Shown here: piece after piece, positions 53,294 through 61,189 of the stretch
How positions within the stretch are numbered: the first letter of the stretch is position 1
How the letters are laid out: every line of letters begins with the position of its first letter
Assembly (NCBI GenBank): GCA_036271275.1
Contig: DATBAX010000355.1
Coordinates: 5,840-69,839, forward strand
Source of the DNA: Terriglobales bacterium
GTDB taxonomy: Bacteria; Acidobacteriota; Terriglobia; Terriglobales; Acidobacteriaceae
Length of the DNA stretch: 64,000 nt
Direction of reading: 5' to 3'
Made by a program: the position numbers and the translations under genes
The notes under the pieces: generated by a model
Told to the model about the DNA's origin: nothing
Databases searched by the model: none
Seen by the model: the letters and a program-made list of their open reading frames with translations, nothing else

Positions 53294-54307
53294 ATGGCGC
53301 ATCGCAACGTCACAGTGAGTGCCGGGATTGCACTGGGCATGGCGGCCGGTATGTTTCTCAAGCGGCGGAGGTCGATCTCTGTACAGAACAAAACTGTATT
53401 TGTTACCGGCGGATCGCGCGGGCTCGGATTGCTGTTGGCACAGGAATTTGCTCGTCGGGGGGCAAAGATCGCAATTTCGGCGCGCGATCGAACCGAACTC
53501 GAAAAAGCCGAAGCCCTGCTACACACAATCACTGACCAGGTACTCATTCTAGAAACCGATATGACGATGCGGGAAGAGGTGGACCTGGCCGTCGATAAAA
53601 TCGAGCAACACTTCGGTCCGGTGGACATTCTCGTAAACAACGCTGGAACTATCAGCGTCGGCCCGGTTGAGACAATGACCATTGACGACTACCGAGACTC
53701 GATCAACACACACTTTTGGGGACCGTATTTTGCCACCATCGCTGTCTTGCCGTCTTTTCAACGACGACGCCATGGACGCATCGTCAATATTTCCTCGATC
53801 GGCGGCAAAATTGGCGTGCCGCATCTCGTACCTTACAGCGTCGGCAAATTTGCGTTGACTGGGTTTTCGCAAGGCCTCCGTTCCGAACTCCTAAAAGACA
53901 ATATCTATGTGACCACTATCTGTCCGGGGCTTATGCGCACCGGAAGTCCGAGAAACGCCTCCTTCAAGGGCAACAACGAAGCCGAATACGCATGGTTCAG
54001 TATCAGTGACGCACTGCCGGTGATTTCCATGAGTGCGAAGCGCGCCGCTCGCCGAATCGTAAACGCGTGTCTTTGCGGCGACGCCGAAGTGGTTTTGTCT
54101 TTACCTGCCAAGGTCGCCGTGAAATTGCATGCCCTGTTTCCTGGCATCACGACTGATGTGCTCGGCTTGATGAATGTTTTCTTACCGCCTCCCGGGGGAA
54201 TTGGTAGCAGTATCCGCACTGGTAAGCAGAGCTCCTCGAGCATGTCGCCGTCCTGGCTCACAACTTTGAACGAAAGAGCAGCGCAGGAAAATAATCAGGT
54301 TCCATGA
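53294..54307 (+). CDS. SDR family oxidoreductase with N-terminal TM segment
   Basis: Contains VFVTGGSRGLGLLLAQEFARRGA .. NNAG .. YSVGKFAL. Confidence 0.85.
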   Translation: MAHRNVTVSAGIALGMAAGMFLKRRRSISVQNKTVFVTGGSRGLGLLLAQEFARRGAKIAISARDRTELEKAEALLHTITDQVLILETDMTMREEVDLAVDKIEQHFGPVDILVNNAGTISVGPVETMTIDDYRDSINTHFWGPYFATIAVLPSFQRRRHGRIVNISSIGGKIGVPHLVPYSVGKFALTGFSQGLRSELLKDNIYVTTICPGLMRTGSPRNASFKGNNEAEYAWFSISDALPVISMSAKRAARRIVNACLCGDAEVVLSLPAKVAVKLHALFPGITTDVLGLMNVFLPPPGGIGSSIRTGKQSSSSMSPSWLTTLNERAAQENNQVP

Positions 54308-54356
54308 CTCGATTTTTCCACTCAATCCGAAGCCCGCTAAAGAAAGGCAAAAGCAG

Positions 54357-55358
54357 ATGACTGACAATCCCTCCCATCCCGTGACAAGGCGCAAAATGAT
54401 TGGCAGTGTAGGCATGGGTCTAGCCGCAGCGGCAGTTCCCTCATTGTCCCAAGGTACGGTTTCCGCCTCTGACTTGCAGGCTCTGCAAGACCCGACCGGA
54501 AAGTATCCGAAGCCTCCATTTAAATCACAATCCCAGCCTTGGCCCGGGCTTGCTTCCCAAATGGATCCGCGCCCGGATCACGGAGAGACCAGCTACAAAG
54601 GCTCGGGACGCTTGAAAGGTCGCAAAGCTCTCATCACCGGCGGCGATTCAGGCATGGGACGGGCAGCGGCAATTGCATTCGCGAGAGAAGGTGCCGACGT
54701 AGCCATCAACTATCTTCCCGCCGAAGAACCGGACGCTCGCGAAGTTATCGCACTGATTAAAGCAGAAGGCAGGAAGGGGCTCGCCATTCCGGGAGATCTT
54801 CGCAGCGAGAGTTTCTGCCAACAACTGGTAGCGGATGCGGAGCGCGGCCTTGGGGGTTTGGACATAGTTGTAAGCAACGCAGGCCGGCAGCAAAGCCATG
54901 AGTCTATTGCCGAGATCTCGACCGAACAATTTGACTGGACGATGAAAACCAACATCTATGCGCCGTTTTGGATATTCAAAGCCGCGCTCCCACATCTTCA
55001 ACCGGGTTCAGCGATCATCGCGACAGCCTCAGTGCAAGCTTATGATCCTTCGGCCGACCTATACGATTATGCGCTCACCAAGGCGGCAACGATGAATTTT
55101 GTCAAGTCACTTGCCAAGCAGCTCGGTCCGAAAGGGATTCGCGTAAATGGCGTAGCGCCCGGCCCGATCTGGACGGCATTGCAAGTCAGCGGCGGAGCGA
55201 CGCAGGAGAAACTGCAGGAGTTTGGAGGCAACACTCCTCTCGGCCGTCCCGGACAGCCCGCTGAGCTTGGGTCAATTTACGTTCAACTTGCTGCGAACGA
55301 TGCAAGTTTCGCGACCGGCCAGATCTATGGATCGGCTGGCGGCAATGGTCAACCTTAA
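54357..55358 (+). CDS. SDR family oxidoreductase, YghA/general-stress-protein-39-like, with Tat-like N-terminal extension
   Basis: Contains KYPKPPFKSQSQPWPGL...MDPRPDHGETSYKGSGRLKGRKALITGGDSGMGRA .. YALTKAA. The N-terminus is TRRKMIGSVGMGLAAAAVPSLSQG. Confidence 0.85.
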   Translation: MTDNPSHPVTRRKMIGSVGMGLAAAAVPSLSQGTVSASDLQALQDPTGKYPKPPFKSQSQPWPGLASQMDPRPDHGETSYKGSGRLKGRKALITGGDSGMGRAAAIAFAREGADVAINYLPAEEPDAREVIALIKAEGRKGLAIPGDLRSESFCQQLVADAERGLGGLDIVVSNAGRQQSHESIAEISTEQFDWTMKTNIYAPFWIFKAALPHLQPGSAIIATASVQAYDPSADLYDYALTKAATMNFVKSLAKQLGPKGIRVNGVAPGPIWTALQVSGGATQEKLQEFGGNTPLGRPGQPAELGSIYVQLAANDASFATGQIYGSAGGNGQP

Positions 55359-55668
55359 GAAAGGACCGACGAGAATATTACACAGGGGAACGGCAATGCA
55401 AAGCTGGACAGAGAAACCCTGAGCATTTTTCTGTCGCGTTCGTGGGGGATTTCTTCCACTGCCCACTGCTTCCTTCCATGGGCATGTGGTGCAATTCCGT
55501 CCAACCTGCCGATAAGGACCGACTTACTGGACTTTTCGTTGCTTTATACCACTCGTTCTCGCTTTCGGTTCTTGTCGGAATGGGGCCGCAGTCCCACCTC
55601 CTTTATTTTTCGCAAAGCAAGACCTTATCTCAAAAGACGAACTCGAGGTCCTTCTCGCTTGCGTGAGT

Positions 55669-57420
55669 TTACACCAATTCGCGGACCTTATCGTGTGCAT
55701 TCGTCAGCGCGATCTTCATGCGATTCGGCTCGCCACGAAGTAACGCCTCTGCAAGTTTAAGGGCTTGCGATGCCTTAATCTTTGCCGGCATCGGAGGGGT
55801 AAATTGATCGACAACTGCTTCGATCAGGCAAGGTCCCGGACGCCCGACGACACTATCGATTTGAGCACCGCAGGTCACTGGGTCTTCGATATGGATGGCC
55901 TCAATTCCGGCACCTCGTGCAATTGTTACAAAGTCCGCGGGAAAGAGATCGCAGGCATATTCAGGATTGCCGAGGAAAACCATTTGTTCCCACTTGATCT
56001 GTCCCAAAGTGTTGTTCTTGATCACGATAATCTTGATATTGAGCTTATATGAGGCCACAGTAATCAACTCGCCCAGCAGCATGCTTAGCCCGCCGTCGCC
56101 AATAATGCAATAGACAGGCCGGTCAGGGAATGCGACCGCCGCGGCGATGGCGTATGGTAGGCCACATGCCATCGTAGCCAGATTTCCCGAGCAACTATGC
56201 TTTTGTCCACGCAAAGCGGGGACGTACCTAGCCCACCAGGTAGTAATAGTTCCGGAGTCCGAAGTGACGATTGCATTCGAAGGGATTCGTTTACCAAGTT
56301 CCCACCCCACTACCTGAGGCTTCATCGGCTTATCCGGTCGCGTTCCGCGCTCCTCCATGAGTTTCTGCCACTCTGCCTTGGCCCTCTGAGCTTTCTCAAG
56401 AAAGCCCTTGTCATGCTTTTTCAGAAGAGGAAGAAGGACACGGATTGTATTCTTCGCGTCTCCTACCAGGCCGACATTGGCGGGATGACGGAGACTGAGG
56501 CGCTGCGGATCGATATCGATTTGTACACACTTGATCGATCCTGGCTCAGGAAGAAACTCGATATATGGGAACGACGTTCCGATCATCAGAAGTGTGTCGC
56601 ATCCTTCAATGGCATCCTGCGAAGGTTCGGTTCCTAAAAGGCCAATCCCGCCGGTGGTGTAGGGACTGTCATCCGGCACGGCAGCTTTACCGAGCAGAGC
56701 TTTGACGACCGGTGCACCCAGCATTTCCGCCAGCTCTTCGAGATCTTGACTGGCGTGCAGAGCGCCTTGACCGGCAAGAATCACGATTTTCTTTCCGCGG
56801 TTGAGAATATCTGCGGCATGATTTAACTCGATTTGTGCTGGAACCTGTTCGAAGTAAGCTGGAATCGCGGAGCTATGGTGAATAGGGTTTCGCTCTGACC
56901 TTCCCTTCTTCATCTCCTGCACCTGCACATCCACCGGAATGGTAATGTGGGCCACACCTCGCGAAGCGAGAGCTGTTCGCATGGCCAAATCGGCTACGCT
57001 TTCCATATGGGCTCCGCTCATGACCCGCTCGTTGTAGACGGAGACATCGACGAAGAGCTTATCCAGCGCAACGTCCTGTTGAGTAAAGGTGCCAATCAGA
57101 TCGCTGTGCTGCATTCCTGTAATCGCTAGCACCGGCGCACGGTCCATCTTCGCGTCATAAAGGCCATTGAGAAGATGAATTCCTCCCGGACCAGAAGTTG
57201 CAATACACACTCCAAGTTTGCCGGTGAACTTCGCATATCCACAAGCCATAAGAGCTGCTGCCTCTTCATGTCGAACATGAATGAACCGTATTCGCTCTTT
57301 CTGTTTGCGGAGAGCCTCGAAGACTCCATTGATGCCATCGCCGGGAAGGCCAAATACAGTGTCAACGCCCCAGGCAAGCAGTCGCTCTACAAGTACATCC
57401 GACGCGTCATTCATCTTCAT
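55669..57420 (-). CDS. thiamine-diphosphate enzyme, pyruvate oxidase/YdaP-like
   Basis: Start at MKMNDASDVLVERLLAWGVDTVFGLPGDGING. The TPP motif is GDGGLSMLLGELITV..NN. The upstream 36 codons of the track ORF have no similarity. Confidence 0.85.
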   Translation of the reverse strand: MKMNDASDVLVERLLAWGVDTVFGLPGDGINGVFEALRKQKERIRFIHVRHEEAAALMACGYAKFTGKLGVCIATSGPGGIHLLNGLYDAKMDRAPVLAITGMQHSDLIGTFTQQDVALDKLFVDVSVYNERVMSGAHMESVADLAMRTALASRGVAHITIPVDVQVQEMKKGRSERNPIHHSSAIPAYFEQVPAQIELNHAADILNRGKKIVILAGQGALHASQDLEELAEMLGAPVVKALLGKAAVPDDSPYTTGGIGLLGTEPSQDAIEGCDTLLMIGTSFPYIEFLPEPGSIKCVQIDIDPQRLSLRHPANVGLVGDAKNTIRVLLPLLKKHDKGFLEKAQRAKAEWQKLMEERGTRPDKPMKPQVVGWELGKRIPSNAIVTSDSGTITTWWARYVPALRGQKHSCSGNLATMACGLPYAIAAAVAFPDRPVYCIIGDGGLSMLLGELITVASYKLNIKIIVIKNNTLGQIKWEQMVFLGNPEYACDLFPADFVTIARGAGIEAIHIEDPVTCGAQIDSVVGRPGPCLIEAVVDQFTPPMPAKIKASQALKLAEALLRGEPNRMKIALTNAHDKVRELV

Positions 57421-58245
57421 CTCCGGAAAACGGAAGGTTCCGTACTCAATCAATCTACGCTTGGACGCACGTTTGCTCGCCCGGGTTTGATACCGCAGCA
57501 GACAATCATAACGGCGATCTTCAGTCACCTAATACGCCCTTTTGCGTATTCTTGTCGCAATTTCGATACTTTCTAACACGAGATTGATTCGACTCCCCAA
57601 GCATCGCCTGACTTTCTAACGTGATACAACCGGCGCAAGTCTTGCAATGCCTCCGGTAAATTTTCCGCCCTCCGCATTCGGCTCAAGCGGATAGCCCTTT
57701 TGGGGAGTCTTCGCCCGGTTCACTCGCGCTCGTTTGCAAGTTTCCGCCCATTTGTAACAGGAAACACGAATTGGAATACCATGCACAAACGACGGTGCCC
57801 AAATCCGAGGGTTCAGACTTGCACATCGGTCCGGTGGAATTCTCGAGGGCGATTGTTGCGGTTTGGACCGCCGCATAAACGTTGGCTCGGAGCTTTCCCT
57901 GTATTGGGATCGAAGCGGTTTGATGGAGACCCCGGTACCTGGGTTTGCAAAATGAAAAGGCCCAAAACATCTTTCTTCTTATCACGCGTGCGTCTTGTCG
58001 CAAGCTTCTCTAATTGGTCGGTGTTGTCCTAAAAGGACAGTACCAATTGGTCCAGGTTAACAACAATGCGCGCATCTCATTTGCAGCGGCTTACCCGATC
58101 TGAATTGTGTATTGAGAGCCCGCAATCCTGAAGAAAGCACACTCCCAGCAACCTACATAATTGCGACGGCATCAGAACGACTCTTCGGGTAAGCAAATCC
58201 TGGAGCCAAGGTAGCGGATTCTAGAGAACGAGTATATGGTGCCCT

Positions 58246-61182
58246 GTGTGTCGGTCGGCTGTGGTTTTTGTTATGCTCTGTGCGATAGCCGCGTGGCCAC
58301 AGGTCGCGGTGCCAGGACCCCAGCCGATCTACGAAGGGCAGAACGTTGCTGCCATTGATCTGATTGGAAATCCTCATCGCGATTTGGAACCACTACTGGC
58401 TTTAGTCGAGCAGAAGGCGGGGGAACCTTACTCTGAAGCAAAAATACATGGAAGCATCGTCGCACTCGAAGGCTCGGGGCACTTTTCCAAAGTGAACGTG
58501 GAAGTGGTTCCGGACACTTCCGGACTGCGCTTGAATTTCCTGCTTGAGCCTGCCTACTATCTTGGCATGGTCAATTTTCCGGGGGCGACCAAACAGTTCT
58601 CTTACACCCGCCTGCTGCAAGTGGCGAACCTGGCCGACGAAGATCCTTATGACAAAGCACGGGTCGCCGTGGCGCAAAAGGCGTTGCAGACTTTTTTCCA
58701 GCAGAACGGATATTTTCAATCCAGTATTCAGGCGAGCTCCACAATCGACGACTCGCATCAATTGGTGGATGTCACGCTCGCAGTCGACCTCGGGAAACGA
58801 GCACGAGTTGGCAACATCCTTTTGCAAGGAACTGATGGGACCGAAACGGATCGATTGCTTCGTTCTGTGCGCTCGTTGCGGACACGTTTCACCGGAGGGG
58901 TTCTCAAGTCTGGAAAACCATACACTCCCGAGCGGATCTCGAATGCCCTGGCTGCGATTCGCCGGACATTGTCGCAGCAGCACCGGTTGGCCAGCCATGT
59001 TCAGGAAAACCACTCGCAGTATCACGCCGAAACCAACCGAGTGGATGTGTCGCTGAAGATCGAGGTGGGCCCGCTGGTCATCGTGAGAACAACCGGGGCG
59101 CGCCTATCAATTATTCCGTTCTTGTCGGACCGAGAGATCAAGAAGCTGGTTCCGATCTACTCCGAAGGGGCGCTGGACCGCGACCTAGTGCAGGAGGGCC
59201 GGCAAAATCTCATCGACTTCTTCGAAAAGAAAGGCTACTCCGACGTTCAGGTAAAAGCTGATCTCCAGCGCCAGCCAGATCAAATCCTGCTGGTTTATCA
59301 AATCGACAAGGGCAAGAAGCACAGGATTGGAAGCATAAGGTTTCAGGGAAATCACGATCTGTCAGAGAATGAGCTGGCCGCAGTAGTAAAGGTAAAGAAG
59401 GCTCACATCTGGTCGAATGGCAGCGTCAGCCAGGATCTTCTGAAGCAGAGTGAAAAAAATCTGGAAGGACTGTATCGAGACCGGGGGTACGAAGAAGCGA
59501 AGATCTCTTCCCAGTCGATTGATCATGAACCTCGGGTGGATGTCGTTTTCAGCATCACCGAGGGCGTGGAGACTTTGGTGAACAACGTTGAAGTCGCCGG
59601 GAACAGGAATGTTTCGCTCGATAAGCTCACCGCTCCAAAAGGTTTTCAGTTGCGACCGGGCACGCCGTTTTCGCCTCGCAGGCTTTCCGATGATCGGAAT
59701 CGAATTTCTTCTGCTTACCTCAATCTCGGATATTTGAACGCGGAGGTCAAGGCAAAGGTAAGGCGAGATGCGAATGATCCTCATCGCGTGGATGTCGCCT
59801 ACACAATCGACGAACATCAGATGGTGCGGATCGGCGAAGCCATCTATGCGGGACAGAATCACACGCATCTTTCGTTAATCCAGCGAACTGCCCAGCTCAA
59901 GAGCGGGGCTCCGATGGAAAAGAAAGACCTGCTGGAAGCCGAGAGCCGTCTCTACGACTTGAATGTGTTTGATTGGTCCAGTGTTGGTCCAACGAAACCG
60001 ATTACCGACCAAACCGAAGAAGCCGCTTTGGTGAAGGTGCACGAGGCTAAGCGAAACGAGATCACCTACGGTTTCGGATTCGAAGTTTCTCACCGCGGCG
60101 GGAACGTTCCTGCCGGCACGGTCGCCGTACCTGGCGGACCTCCAATACAACTCGGCGGCAACCAGATTGCTCCGAGCCAATCGACTTTTGCCAGTCCCCG
60201 AGGCTCCATCGAATTTAATCGGCGCAATATGCGAGGATTGGCAGAGACAGCCAGCGCCTCGCTCGTACTCTCACGCCTGGACCAACGCATTCTCGCCACG
60301 TATACGCAGCCGCATTTTTTCGGTTCGCAATGGAGTTCACTCACCAGCCTCTCGGCGGAACGCACCACGGAAAACCCGCTCTTCGCAGCTCGTCTGGGCG
60401 ATGTGTCATTCCAGTTGGAACGCATTCTCAGCCGGAAAAACAATACCCGCCTGCAGCTTCGATACGACTTCAACAAGACGTCGCTGTCGCAATTGCTGGT
60501 GCCTGAACTGGTTTTACCGGAGGACAGAAGCGTCCATCTATCCACTCTGTCGGGAACTCTGCTTCGCGATACGCGGGACAAGCCTCTAGATGCGCGCCGG
60601 GGTAAGTTTGGCACGTTGACGCTCGGCATCACGCCGAGCGAACTGGGCTCGAACGCCAACTTTGCCAAGCTTCTGGGGCAGTACGCTTTTTACCATCCAT
60701 TCCATTCCATCGTTTTTGCCAACAGTGTTCGGCTGGGATTGGTGAAATCCTTCGACGGAAGTTTTGTCCCGACCAGCCAGCTTTTCTTTTCCGGCGGTGG
60801 AAATTCGCTTCGTGGCTTTCCCATCGATCAGGCCGGCCCCCAGCGATTGGTGCCGTTTTGCAACGTTTTGCAGCAGCAAACAGGATGCGTGAACGTTACC
60901 GTACCGGTTGGCGGACGCCAGCTATTCATTCTCAACTCTGAAATGCGTTTTCCCTTGCGAATCAATAAGGCATTGGGAGGCGTTCTCTTTTACGACGGGG
61001 GGAATGTCTACAGCGCGATCAATCTGAGGAATTTTGCCGACAACTACAGCAATACCATAGGCCTTGGATTGCGCTACTCGACTCCAATCGGCCCGGTGCG
61101 ACTGGATCTCGGACGGAATCTCAATCCGGTTCCCGGCATCGATTCCACTCAGTACTACATCACGCTGGGGCAGTCTTTTTAG
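58246..61182 (+). CDS. Omp85-family outer-membrane assembly protein (BamA/TamA-like, multiple POTRA domains)
   Basis: 978 aa. Repeated POTRA-like units (I..I.F.GN......L) are followed by a C-terminal barrel ending ..YYITLGQSF. The start codon is uncertain (GTG 58246 or ATG 58273). Confidence 0.85.
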   Translation: MCRSAVVFVMLCAIAAWPQVAVPGPQPIYEGQNVAAIDLIGNPHRDLEPLLALVEQKAGEPYSEAKIHGSIVALEGSGHFSKVNVEVVPDTSGLRLNFLLEPAYYLGMVNFPGATKQFSYTRLLQVANLADEDPYDKARVAVAQKALQTFFQQNGYFQSSIQASSTIDDSHQLVDVTLAVDLGKRARVGNILLQGTDGTETDRLLRSVRSLRTRFTGGVLKSGKPYTPERISNALAAIRRTLSQQHRLASHVQENHSQYHAETNRVDVSLKIEVGPLVIVRTTGARLSIIPFLSDREIKKLVPIYSEGALDRDLVQEGRQNLIDFFEKKGYSDVQVKADLQRQPDQILLVYQIDKGKKHRIGSIRFQGNHDLSENELAAVVKVKKAHIWSNGSVSQDLLKQSEKNLEGLYRDRGYEEAKISSQSIDHEPRVDVVFSITEGVETLVNNVEVAGNRNVSLDKLTAPKGFQLRPGTPFSPRRLSDDRNRISSAYLNLGYLNAEVKAKVRRDANDPHRVDVAYTIDEHQMVRIGEAIYAGQNHTHLSLIQRTAQLKSGAPMEKKDLLEAESRLYDLNVFDWSSVGPTKPITDQTEEAALVKVHEAKRNEITYGFGFEVSHRGGNVPAGTVAVPGGPPIQLGGNQIAPSQSTFASPRGSIEFNRRNMRGLAETASASLVLSRLDQRILATYTQPHFFGSQWSSLTSLSAERTTENPLFAARLGDVSFQLERILSRKNNTRLQLRYDFNKTSLSQLLVPELVLPEDRSVHLSTLSGTLLRDTRDKPLDARRGKFGTLTLGITPSELGSNANFAKLLGQYAFYHPFHSIVFANSVRLGLVKSFDGSFVPTSQLFFSGGGNSLRGFPIDQAGPQRLVPFCNVLQQQTGCVNVTVPVGGRQLFILNSEMRFPLRINKALGGVLFYDGGNVYSAINLRNFADNYSNTIGLGLRYSTPIGPVRLDLGRNLNPVPGIDSTQYYITLGQSF

Positions 61183-61189
61183 GATAATT

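Noticed and set aside
52539-53682. Minus-strand ORFs 52539..53093 and 53170..53682
   Set aside because: They are antisense to the DUF4142 and SDR genes. Shadow ORFs.
57860-57910. RNase P RNA-like GGGAAAGCTCCGAGCC on the minus strand
   Set aside because: It only loosely resembles the P4 GAGGAAAGTCCGGGC element. The other universally conserved RNase P blocks (for example ACAGAACCCGGCUUA, the GGUAAGGGUGAAA region) are absent at appropriate spacing.
58402-60668. Minus-strand ORFs 58402..59025, 59362..59868 and 60090..60668
   Set aside because: They are antisense to the Omp85 gene. Shadow ORFs.
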